Part shown: piece after piece, positions 35,885-47,933 of the stretch
Layout: every line of letters starts with the position of its first letter
Numbering within the stretch: the stretch's first letter is position 1
NCBI RefSeq assembly: GCF_033153115.1
Contig: NW_026889781.1
Span: 5,828,001 to 5,892,000, forward strand
DNA from: Saccostrea echinata
Lineage: Eukaryota
Length of the DNA stretch: 64,000 nucleotides
Direction of reading: 5' to 3'
Program-made: the position numbers and the translations under genes
The notes under the pieces: generated by a model
Told to the model about the DNA's origin: nothing
Database searches by the model: none
The model's input: the letters and a program-made list of their open reading frames with translations, nothing else

Positions 35885-37320
35885 CTTTATGCCACTTGTT
35901 AGGGCATTTTTTTGTCAAATGAAAAGCATAAAGAAACCTCATATGATGGACAATACGTAAAAGGTTTATGACTTGGAAATCTTTCTTTTCAAAAAAATGG
36001 CCTCTGCATTATAATATATACATCTTGTTTACGTTGAGTGCATTTTCTAGTCAGGTCTGATGCAAGAAACGTTAGACTTGTCTTTTAAATCCATAATTGA
36101 CAATGCAAAACATTTACGAAACACAAGCTGTCCAAAATCTGAATCATAAATTGCAATCTGGTTTTTCTGTGTTGTAAGTTCTTGAAAAAAGAAAAAAGAA
36201 TACACGATCATAATAACAACTTCATGAAAAAAGCTGTATACTAATGATGTTTGAAGGATATTTGTTAGTAAATTAAATTGACAGATCCACAGATCCATTA
36301 CATTTGTTGTAAGCTCTGGCTAATAAATAAAATGTATGTTTTTCTTTCTTCTCTCACTTTATCTCAATTACAATGTTCCATCACAAACAGTTCTGGCTGA
36401 ATCATGATCTTATGATGACATGATAATAACTACTTTACAATCTTTCCATTGAAAATATACAAATCCATATTCTTGATGCCATATAAAATCACCTTGTCTT
36501 GAAATGTTTTTCCTGACATTTAATTCAATTGGAAATAGCTGGAACAACAAGATATTTTTTTCGTGTAGAAAATTCTCTACCAAGAGCTTAAGAATTATAA
36601 AACAATCTGTAATCTTGTATTCAAATGAAATTGTTTTGTAAAACACATTTTGGTTGGGTAATACTCTGACGTTTGAGGCAGTAAATCGAGCATTAACGAG
36701 AATGAAAGCTTTTCATTGTGACGTCATAGTAGAGCGACGCAAAGCACAATGCTCCATGACGTATTATATATAACAAAACTAAACAAAATAGGACATGGGC
36801 GTCAAACAAAATGCATATATTGCATTAGAATGGTAATAACTATCTTCTAATTTGGTATTTGCGACCGTTACATGTAATGCTTATTTAACGGTCGCAAACA
36901 TCCGTTTTACCGGCTCCGCTTACGCGTCGCCGGTAAAACTCAGTTTGCGACCGTTAAATCAGCATTAACGGTCGCAAATACCAAATTAGAAGATAGCTAT
37001 TCCCTAAATCTTAATTTTTAAAAAAAATTACTTAATGCAGTGGTAATATTTAATGCAAGAACTTTTGTTCTATCAGTTAAACGTGTGATCTTGTTAACAA
37101 AATATACCAAAATGACATAGGCATAACAAGACATATATCAAGCTAAATTCCAAACCAGATTGGTTTATCTTTCATTAACTGTCGAATACCAGAACACTCG
37201 TGCTTTGGGGTCACCATTCTTTCATCAACACCTACTTCTCTGAAAGACTGAAAGAATTGTTGGGAACAGTCTCAGAAAGAGTTGAGTAATGGCTAAGTAA
37301 ACTTCTCTTCTGATGTAAAA
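35885..37320 (-). pseudogene. Decayed piggyBac (PGBD4-like) transposase
   Basis: Motifs in the expected order, with stops and frameshifts: PLLNSF*..VGVDERMV..SGIRQLMKDKPIWFGI; QGDFIWHQ..WKDCKVVIIMSS; AYNKCNGSVDL; QLVFRKCFALS; Cys-rich tail YCPSYEVSLCF..KWH. Confidence 0.8.
36835..37001. repeat. Nested near-perfect palindrome inserted in the piggyBac relic
   Basis: CTATCTTCTAATTTGGTATTTGCGACCGTTA ... TAACGGTCGCAAATACCAAATTAGAAGATAG. Confidence 0.85.
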
Positions 37321-37641
37321 AATGATTTAAAAATACTAGAATTTATATTATTGATAAAGTAATTCGAACTAAATTATGTAAATCTACATATAAAAGAAAG
37401 CCTTCTAACATTCGTACATTGATATATTTTTCTTGAAGAATTACAAGTACTTATACAGTAATTACGTACATATACAAGCAGTTAAATCGTTCGATAATGT
37501 AAATGTTTTACGACTGAAAAATTGCCAAGCCAACATAGTAGTCTACTATCAAGGTGAGTTAATTATTGAACTAAAAGAAATAGCATATCATTGCAATAAA
37601 TACCTTTGTCAATTTCTGTTGGTAGGGTTATTAGAAGAAAA

Positions 37642-37925
37642 GATTGATTGATTGTTGTTTAAAATTTTCACTCATATAGAGACGTCAGCATATACCGGTG
37701 AAGGACTTCAAATTTAGCCCTTTACTCGACACTCAGCGCCATTGAGCAGTGAGGGATATTTATCGCACCAACGCCTGCCGTGACATGGGGCCTCGATTTT
37801 TAAGGTCTCAACCGAAAGACCCGCAACTTTCTTTTCAAAGTGCCGAGATCTTGGCAAAGGAACAGTTGCTACCTATTTTTTATTGACTGTGAACCCAAGA
37901 CCTTCCGATAACGGATACCGACTGA
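37642..37925 (-). mobile_element. SINE copy
   Basis: TTTTCACTCATATAGAGACGTC..GGCAAAGGAACAG matches the reverse complement of 19078-19425. Confidence 0.7.
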
Positions 37926-38099
37926 AAGAGAAAAGAGAAGATGGTTTGATGTAGTTGTAAAGCGACATAATTCCTGGGACGGGTTTTTTCAAGGAGGAAG
38001 CTGATCAACAGCTTCAAGTGAATTAAATTTCAGCACCAACATAAACATGATTATTCAAAAGAAACCAAAAAAAAAAAAAAAAAAAAGGAGAAAAAACTG

Positions 38100-38966
38100 A
38101 AACAAGAGGCCCATGGGCCACAACGCTCACCTGAGTCAATATGGCCCTGCTGTTCTTCATCAGCGGATTTCTTCTCCTGTATATTCAAATGTAAAGCTTT
38201 GATCGCTTGTTCTAGCCACACCCTACCCCCAGGTGCCATGTTTTGAATGAAATAGAATCTAAACTATCTGAGGATGCTTCTGTATTCATATGACTAATCA
38301 TGGCTTTGTTGTTCTTGAAAACAGAATTTTAAAGATGTCTGCCACCCTACCCTTGGGGGATGGGGGTAAGGGGTTCATGATTTGAACAAACTTTACCTGG
38401 GGATGCTTCCATATCAATATGAATAATCATGGCTTTCTTGTTCATGAGAAGAAATTTTTTAAGATATTTCCGATATATGTTCATTTGTAAAACTTTGATC
38501 CCCCATAATGGACCCACCCTTCTACTGCCCTACTACTGGGAGGATGACTTCAACAAACTTGAATCTACAATACTTGTGGATTTTTCCTATATATTCCTAT
38601 GTAAAACATTGATCCCCCACTGTGGCCCCACCCTACCCCCAGAGGTCATGATTTGAACAAACTTGAATCTACACTACCTGAGGATACCTGAGGATTCTTC
38701 CATATCAATGTGACTAATTGTGGTTTTATTGTTCTTGAGAAGAAGATTTTTAAAGATTTTTCCTATATATTCCTATGTAAAACTTTGATCCTCCAATGTG
38801 GCCCCATCCTACCCCCGGAGGTCATTATTTGAACAAACTTGAATCTAAACTACCTGAGAATGATTCCATATCAATATGATTAACTGTGGCTTTGTTGTTC
38901 TTGGGAAGAAGAGTTTTCCTATATATTCCTATGTAAAACTTTGATCCCCCATTGTGGCCCCACCCT
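38100..38966 (-). mobile_element. 5'-truncated copy of the same Helentron family
   Basis: Reverse complement of the 3' end and core repeats of 57797-59092. Confidence 0.85.
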
Positions 38967-38967
38967 G

Positions 38968-39068
38968 GTCTCCGCGTCACACGGTGAATTCGAACCAGCG
39001 ACGAAAGGATCAACTGCTTACACCCCGACTTTAGAACAAGCGCTCTAACCACTGGACCACGATGGCGG
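38968..39068 (-). pseudogene. tRNA-like sequence (Tyr-like pseudogene or SINE head)
   Basis: TGGTCCAGTGGTTAGAGCG (A box) .. GATCCTTTCGTCGCTGGTTCGAATTC (B box); poor acceptor stem. Confidence 0.5.
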
Positions 39069-41231
39069 CAAATTTTAAGTAGATGTACATCAAAATATAT
39101 TTGGAAATAAAGAATTTAGTTGAATGCAATAAGTTTATGATGTTTCTGAATCGGTGTTGATAATAAAAATAGTTTAATATTTATTGCTGTGTATATTTTA
39201 ATTAAATAGCATTCACTTAAAAAATAACTATGTACAAAAATAAAAGCGTCTACTTCAAATTATTGAAATTCTGTTCAAGAACTTGAAGCATTTAGAGATG
39301 CAGACCTAGGATTTTATTCAGAATGAGGATCGTCTTGTTGATACTTTATAATGAAAATATTCGGGGATTTTGACCCAACCCCTTCTTTACCTGGAACCTT
39401 TATCTCAACTGCATCAAAATTCATGTAATTCCTCACCTTCCGGTACTTAGTGTGCGTGTACTGATTTCAAATTTTCATTGTATACAATTTATGTAATGCT
39501 TTAATAAACCGATATAAAAAATTAAACTTTTAAATGAATAAAATACGTTTTTATAGATTTATTATTAAAAAAAATGAGAGAGTATTGTTTTTCAAATGTC
39601 TGATACATTAATACTATAAAGTATCAACAAATACAAGAAATCCTGAGAGAGGTATATTCCTACAGTGCATATTGTAATCAGATTCTAAAGTTATCAGCAG
39701 AAATATATAAATGATTCCTCCCAATATTCATCTGTGATATAAAATAGATTATCAAAAAGTGCAGTTAACAGTTATAAAAGTTCATTTAAAGTGTGCCTTG
39801 TGGAGGCATACTTTCTATTGTTGTGTTCATGTTAACTTCAGATGTAAATTATCTTTGATAAAAGTGGAAATTTGACGAATCGCAAAGGAAATAGGGTGCG
39901 ACACACATAATGATTTGTAACGCTAATTCTACCACAGTTATTGCCGAGATCAAAGAAAGGTAGTGGCCATTATTCTCCAATAAATCACGAATGTCATCAA
40001 AGATTATCAGATCAGAAACACATATAAAACTTGTAAAGGAAACTTTAAAATGTTATACATATTTAGACTACTCGTATATTATTATCTAGTCTTCTGCAAT
40101 CTACATGTTGTATATTGCCCAATGTCTGTTTTTATAGCTAAAAGGACTGTTCCACGGACCTCCAAACATCATTTTTACTCCGTAAATTTACTGTTAAAGC
40201 AATTAAATCAAAAACAGATTTTGCTATTTTATAATCATAAAAATTAATATATGTTGCAAACTAAATTATAAATGATTAAAGAATATTTTGTAATCCAACG
40301 AAAGTTCTAATCGCCTGCATTTCTTTGCAAACGATACAAGTCGACCCTCTAGTGTTACATGGAACAGCCAAATCACAACATGGTGACCTATGTCCTTTCT
40401 CTATACAGGATACGATCAGCCGTATTTTCGAGCTGTTAGTAGAATAGAAATAAAGTTCTTATTATGGATATGCAGTATAACCTCGGTCTTGAAGCGTTGC
40501 TTAAAAATGCATCGGCTTTTATATTTCAAGCAACATTTCTCGACCTTAGAGGATATCCTGCAACATCCTCGAAAATGCAAGCTGTATTTCTCAAACACAT
40601 CACTGAACTAAGGTCACAGTAATTACTTATGCAGCTGAATTCCTGATGGTTCAATTACGATTTGATACGATCTGAGTTACTTACAGAACACTTTAATTTC
40701 CGACTGGAAAACGCGTATTTTTTTTTAATGTGTACAAATGAGGACACGATTCTTGTTTGCCCTTTCAAAATAATATTCATGGATCGCAGTATTTGATAGA
40801 GTGTATGATCAAAAGCATTAGCTTCACGTTAATGGGGGTTGTGACAAGGGATGTGATGCTCGATACTGCGTCAGAATTTTTGGGTATGTTAAGTAAGAAA
40901 CACAAATTAAGAACAGTTGTCCTTGCCATAGTTTTTGACATGTCTTTTGCTTTCAGATGCATAACATTTAAATTCAACCGTATTCTCTGCTGCATATCAT
41001 ACCAAAAATAAAGTTAGAGCTATACAAGTATTGAAACACGTTTTCGTAACGGTAACTGAATGAACTTTTAAAAGGTATTCCATTCTACCCCCACCCACCC
41101 ATCCCACTCCCAAATCTCAATTTGTATATTATAACAAAGTGTGAATCAATTATCATTTCTGTGTTAATCATCAGTTTTGTAGAAAAACTGGATACATATG
41201 CATATCTATAACTTTCGCTACTTCTATAATT

Positions 41232-41380
41232 ATGTCACCTGGAACGTAGTCGGGGCGATAATATGCTATCGTGTCCCAATGAACGTAGTCGGGGCGATAA
41301 TATGCTATTGTGTCCCAATGAACGTAGTCGGGGCGATAATATGTTATTGTGTCCCAATGAACGTAGTCGGGGCGACATAC
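41232..41380. repeat. 39-bp tandem repeat (~3.7 copies)
   Basis: TGTCCCAATGAACGTAGTCGGGGCGATAATATGCTATTG units; they explain the overlapping repetitive ORFs. Confidence 0.9.
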
Positions 41381-41649
41381 TGTTATTGATATACCTATAA
41401 TTTGTCCGTCAATATTTCGCTGGCTTAGACAATCTTGATGAAACTTCACAGAAATGATAATCACTAACTGTAGTTTTGGTTTAGGCAACTTAATTTTTCA
41501 AAATGTCCAGCGTTGCCANNNNNNNNNNNNNNNNNNNNNNNNNNNNNNNNNNNNNNNNNNNNNNNNNNNNNNNNNNNNNNNNNNNNNNNNNNNNNNNNNN
41601 NNNNNNNNNNNNNNNNNNNNNNNNNNNNNNNNNNNNNNNNNNNNNNTAA

Positions 41650-42395
41650 AAGTTATGGCAAGTTCAAGATTAAGGTCATGAGATCAAATACCATTTAATA
41701 CAATCCGCCGAAAGGTCATGACACAAGTATAAATGCACATGTAAAAAAAAAAAATATACATGAAAGTCCTTTCTCTTCTGGAGCAAAAGTTATGGCAAAA
41801 GTCAAACATTTTCAAAAGTTATTACCCCTGTTAAAATCAAAATTAAAATATCTGAATAGTAGGTAATTCAAGGTCAAGGTCACAGGTCAAAAATCATAGA
41901 CTAAGTATATTTAGAAAGGTCGTGTTACAGGTAATGTACATGTGAAATATGAAAGCTCTATCCCTTCTCACTCAAAAGTAATGACCAAGTACATGTAATG
42001 TTTAAATTTTGAAAAGTAGGTCAAACTTCAAAGTCGAGCTCAAAGGGTCAAAAGTCAAGGTTTTGGAAAGGTTTTGTTACAGGTAATGTGCATGTCAAAT
42101 ATGAAAGTCCTATCTCTTCTTATTCAAAAGATATGAACAAGGTTAAAGTAATGTTAAAATTTTCGAAAAGTAGGTCAAATTTTAAGGTCCAGGTCACGGG
42201 GTCAAAAGTTATAGTATATTTGGAAAGGTCTTGTCACATCACAGGTAATGCAATGTGATATATGAAAGCCCTTTCTCTTCTCATTCAAAAGTTATGAGCA
42301 AGGATAAAGTTTTTGTGACAGACTGACAGATGGTCAGACTGACAGATGAGTGAGATTTAGTGTCCCCTCGCTTTCACGAAAGCGGGGGACAAAAA
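41650..42395 (-). mobile_element. Helentron-type non-autonomous element (CAAGGTCA core family)
   Basis: Degenerate tandem repeats containing AGGTCAA..CAAGGTC, GACA microsatellite, hairpin TGTCCCCTCGCTTTC..GAAAGCGGGGGACA. Confidence 0.65.
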
Positions 42396-43084
42396 ACGGA
42401 ACCGATTGCTCAACGTTTGTCTGTGTAGCTGTCAGTGGAAAGCACAAATTATTTCAGAAAAGTTGCATGACCACTGTATATCATTGGAAGTAGATTACAG
42501 AATTCAAAATTATGATTTTTTTCGGTGTTAGATAGAGGTTTTTCTTCCAATTCTAAATATGTTCTCAGTTTGTTGATACAAATGAAAAGGAATTGGATTT
42601 GACACTTAGAATGACCAAAAAGTTCAGCACATTATTTCTAATCTGTTAAACACTACAAATTATTCGGTTTCTTTTAATTTGTGTACTTCGGAACTGCCAA
42701 GTAAGAAGAAATGCGGTACGATAATGCATGGTGTGAGTGCAGAATAAACCTCTCTGTTGAGGTATAAAGGACGAAAGACCTTCTTGATGCTATGGCAAGA
42801 AATTTCAAGCAAAAAAACTTCGATTCCATATCTCTGTGCACTGGCTTTTTTCCTTCTTTTTTCAAATGAAAAAGACATTTTGAAAAAAACAAAAAACATT
42901 AAAATTATGTCTTTTTACCTCAGATTATTTATGCATTATTTTAACAGTTTTCATTAAAAAAAAAATTGCAAAAAGATTATTTTTGCTTTACTTAAACAGT
43001 TTTCTTAAAAAAAAAATCGCAAAATATAAAGAATTTTAACTTCTTTTTTTAAGATAACAAAATGTTCGGCCCCTAATATTGGAG

Positions 43085-44400
43085 ATCAAGCATCTATACA
43101 GGACGTATTAGGATGTTTCGCTTAATATCGTGGCGTTGGAAAATATGATCTTGAATTTAATATCACAAGCAACCTTTCAATCAGTTTCAAATTCACCTGG
43201 TTATTAGTTATTTTATATTAATGGTTTATCATCAAGTTTATTTTCCATAACCGCCTTCCTCCCGACCACACTGATCACAACACGGCGTAGAATATTTCTC
43301 TAAGTCTCACGACTTCAGATCGACACAAAATTTCAAGATACTCTACAAAGAAACCCCAACCCCCCAACCCCCGATAAAAAAATCACGAAAGTTTAGGTTA
43401 CATTTATCCATGCATGATGAAATAATAAATTTATCGGCAAAACAACAACTTCCGTATTGACTAAAATTTCAGTACAGATAAACAGAGATACAAAGTATAC
43501 CTTTTGTCGGGAAGTGCTTCAGATATTCATCAATGAAATTAGGTTCCCTTGATATCAGTTGATTTTGTGCAGTCATTCCTTCTTCTTCATCTGTTTTATG
43601 GCGAACAATGGCCACAGCAACAATACATTTCTTAAGTTATCTGCAATTACAACTACACTGTATTTACTGGTTACAATCCTAACAAAGGTTATCGACCCAA
43701 GCACATTTGGAGATTTTGACAATCCAAATGGCAAGCACGTGTAAATAGAAATGAAAATATACATGGGATAGCCAAACATACAAATGATTCTACAATAGGC
43801 AAACAAATCTGTTGAACAACATACTGGCAAATCATACATTGTTCGTGTTTTATCCAGGCTGATACAAATAAGCAAATTGGAAATTTAAGAGTCATACATA
43901 TTGAAAAAAAAATATATAAAGTTGTAGTGAGCCCTGGGAACAGATGTTCACTAAATATAAAGCTATTTATGTTCGGCTAAAGATTGCGCTGTCTCATTCA
44001 GTCTGAAATGATTATGCAAATAATTTGGAATTTCAAAGTCACACATATTGAAATAAATTAGATAATTTCGTAGCGAGTCCGGGAAAGAGATATTCTCTAG
44101 ACAAATTCATCGAACGAATGCGGAACACATTTTGAAAGTCACAACTCTGTGGGTGTTGGTACGAGAGCAGTTTGGATATACATGTACAAACAACCAGCAG
44201 GGAAAAAAAGGTTTGCAGTGTGCCATGACGAATGGTAAAGTTATTGGACCTGGGAGATGGGCAAAGCTGAAAACAGAACAAATAATCGGCAGAAAAGTTG
44301 TCAAAAATTAAAATGTACAATAATATACATTCATATATACAGGGTATGGATGGATGGGAAATTTTCAACAATGATATAATAAAATTGAAAAAAACAAAAC
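43085..44400 (-). pseudogene. Decayed DIRS/Ngaro-like retrotransposon pol relic
   Basis: YTCLPFGLSKSP resembles the RT LPFGLxxAP motif. Downstream NSRSYFP..PNTSCIDA resembles the DIRS FNSRFWxPxxxxVDAF region. Many stops. Confidence 0.5.
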
Positions 44401-45494
44401 AAAAAAAACCTGGAGATGGGAATGAGCATCTGCTCCTTTTCAGTGTCGGAAAGGAGAAAAGGAATAACAACGGATTCAACTAACTGACGAAAGACGAGAA
44501 ATGCTAATGACACGATAACCCAAAATAATGGCCTCTGTATCAACACAATTTAATTTTCAGCAATAAAATCAAATTATGAGAAAAAACCACACAGATCTAA
44601 AATTATATTGTATAATGGCAGACAATGTATATGGCCTCACTACTATCGTTAAGTCATCAGCGATAGAAATTAGCATCAGCTAAAGGGACACCCTTCTGCT
44701 AAAAAGGCAGGCCAAAAACAATGATATTATTTCATCACATGTGTTGCTACCTGCTCTACTAGCAAACAACAGTCATCTACATAATGCCTCACAGATTCCT
44801 GTCCAGACTGTTGCTTCAATTTCCTGTCAAAACAAGATGAAAATTCCTCAAAGATACTATAAGACAATAAACTACCGATAGACAGGCATTTGTCGAAAAA
44901 AAAAACAAACTATTATTTATCCTAAGAAATTTCAAAAAAAAAAAAAGTTCAAAATCTAACGGGTAGACAGAAAGCAACCTAAAGCAGATTTGAGGTCCAT
45001 TCTCCATTCACGCCTCCCTTAACCAACCAACTTAGCAACCTAACAGCAACATCTAATGTGGAGTAAATGAATGAGCAGGAAGATGGGTCAATAAATTAAA
45101 CTTGTATTGTCAGGATAAGATAAATGATGAATGAACCTAAATGAGCCATCTTTTTAGGTACTAAACCTACGAGTGAAAGCCTAAGACTGGGAAGAGGTCT
45201 TGAATGAAATGGGCCAACAACTCTCCCAGCATAAATTTCTTTAAAAACGTTCTCTAGAATCTCAAACCCATTATCTCAAGCTGACGATCAGAACAATTGA
45301 TAGCTACCTTTGAACCATGAATAATTGAGTTTGAAACCTTCAGAAGACCCCTTTAGCAAAATGTCTGCACTCCTTCAATCCTAGTTAAAAATGCAAATAG
45401 GCCACAAGTACTCCCACCTTAATTTGGGAAAAAGGTAGGTCCTGTAGATAGTGGTAAACTGAGGAATCGTGCTCTGGACGGTCGGGTGGTTTTG

Positions 45495-45590
45495 TTTGTT
45501 TGTTTATTGTTTAACGTCCCTCTCGAGAATTTTTCACTCATATGGAGACGCCACCACTTGCCGGTGGAGAGCTGCAAAATTTGACCTATG
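45495..45590 (-). mobile_element. SINE 3' fragment
   Basis: TTTAACGTCCCTCTCGAGAATTTTTCACTCATATGGAGACG. Confidence 0.65.
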
Positions 45591-45607
45591 TTATTATATC
45601 CTTTTTT

Positions 45608-45643
<36 letters not shown>

Positions 45644-47367
45644 TACAAACAGTTTTTCTTCTTAAGTCCGTCTATTGCAGAAATACCTCAGTTTAAACGG
45701 AAAATTCAGGAATTATTATGTGTCGGCCATGTTTTGACGTGAACTTCAAACTAATCCTTTCACTTCCAAGATTTTTTTTAAAAAAGATATAATCTGGGAG
45801 TTGTTGGTTCAATCCCAGCAAGCGTAACATATGCATGACTCTGTGTTTTTATTTTTATCAATAGGACAGTTAGGATGATATACTACTATTGCTTGCAATA
45901 AGAGACTTTTTTCTTTTGTTTGTATATAAAATATACCCTGAAGATAAAGATTTTCTTTACCCATTTTCTAGTTAAAAGAGAAATAGTGAGCCAAAATCAT
46001 ATATTTCTTTTATTATATTTGTATCAAAAATCAAAAGATTTATCAAAAATGTGAATATATCGAAGTTTAGAAAAAATCATCTTCTCTGTAAAGCAAGCAA
46101 AGTGTGAAAAATATATGTGCTGGAAAACAAAGGTTGTATCTACTGCATCATTATTTCCGTCCTTGGCTAGACAATAATTTTTTTTCTCCATAAAAGTATT
46201 TTTCTAAGTTCTGAAACTAGTAGGTTTTTTTCTCAGTTTTAAATAAGCCAAGCTTTAGTAGTATGTTTTAACTAATGAATGCATGAGTGAAATGTCGGGT
46301 GTTTAATTAACATTGAATTTCGTCTTCTCCCTGGATGTGATAATGCTGAATCATTATCTGCCAGTCTTGCTTGGAAGAAAGTTTTATGTACATAAGGCAA
46401 TGTGTATTTACTTTAAAAAAAATACATATTTCAGGAAAAAAGCCTAAAAGTATTTAGAATATATGCTGCGTTGATAAAGAATTATATTTAAAAAAAAATA
46501 AAAAGACGGTATTTTGAGATGAAATGGTAGTTTAAGGATAGAGGGCAATTTAATGCAATAGGTATCAAGGAATGTAATGCAACAGGTACATGTATTAAGG
46601 ATTCTAATGAACCATATATCAAGAAACTAATGCAACATGTATCAAGGAAAGCATTGCAATAAGTATCAAGGAATGCAATAGGAGAATAGATTCTTCGCCA
46701 TATTTCCTTTATTTATTTTGTTCCACTCGTTCCGTACTTACATTTCTTGACATACATTGAACAAGTATTAATAACGTTAACATTATATATGATTTTCCAC
46801 TACCAGATATAGTATTCATTAATTATACATCTGAATCGTTTAAAGCACTATTATATACAGGTGAAACCTTGTCCATCAATCGTCACCTTTGAAGCATTTA
46901 TGTTGGTTCACCATATTACATTACTAACATATAATTTATTTCAAAACATATTCCAAATAAAATTGAAATCAAATTGAAAATTTTATTATTTTATTGGTCT
47001 CAAGTAAAGGTACATTTTTTTTTTTTTTTACATCTTTGTTATATATGTTAAATGTTGTAAGCAACTTAGCCTGGGTCAACAGTAATGAAAAGTACAATTT
47101 AAATAAATCCCTTCCTTTGTAGTATATTTAGCAACAATTTGTTTCTATTTTTTTTCCCGTTTTTGCACAGTATTGATGAAGTTTCTCCTTCACTGCTGTT
47201 AATATTTCCCTGAGGAGTCGTAGAACACTTTTAATTACTACTTGTAAATCCCGCTATTTATCTTTGTACAAATGTAAGGATTTTTTTAAAAGAAATTTTG
47301 AAATCCAGTATAAGTATTGTACTTCAAATTCAATTTTGTTGTTGGGATTGCATGTATTGAAAATATT

Positions 47368-47560
47368 CAGTAGCGGATGCAGAAATTTCGTAACGGGGGG
47401 GGGGGGGGGGCGCAGTAGTATCATTTTATCAATTTATGTACTAAACTGGATTAAACTGAAGGGAAAGGCTTGTTATACAAACAAAATTTTAAAACAAAAG
47501 AAAATCAAACGGGGGGGGGGGGGGGCGCACGCCCGGCGCGCCGGCGCTGAATCCGCCTTT
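47368..47560. mobile_element. G-tract MITE just upstream of the astacin ATG
   Basis: CAGTAGCGGATGCAG ... CTGAATCCGCCTTTG. Confidence 0.55.
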
Positions 47561-47836
47561 GATATTTAAATCTGTCATATGATTTTGAAAAATCTCCTCT
47601 TTAGAAAGGGCACTACGTGTCAATGTGAATGCAAAAAAACAACCTGGGAGCGACAATTTTTTTGCTTATGGAACCGACGATGCATATACATGAATGATAG
47701 ACAGGCAGTAACTGTATATATATACGAGAAACTGCAACTTCGAATCAAAATAATCCAGAGAACTTAGAGGAAAAAAGCCAATGTTAAAAAAAGAAAAGCA
47801 AAGATACGCCGAGATATTATAATAGAAAAAAAAAAT

Positions 47837-47933
47837 ATGCGGAGAATGAACGAGTTCTATGAATTAGTACTTGCCTTTTCATTCTGTCTTAGCGTTGTGG
47901 CTGCATTGCCAACGACGGAAAAATCAGAGGAAG
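47837..47933 (+). CDS. Astacin signal-peptide exon
   Basis: MRRMNEFYELVLAFSFCLSVVAA-LPTTEKSEE, donor GTAATG. Confidence 0.75.

Noticed and set aside
41171-41488. ORF with YRPDYVHWDTIAY repeats
   Set aside because: Product of a 39-bp tandem repeat, open on both strands
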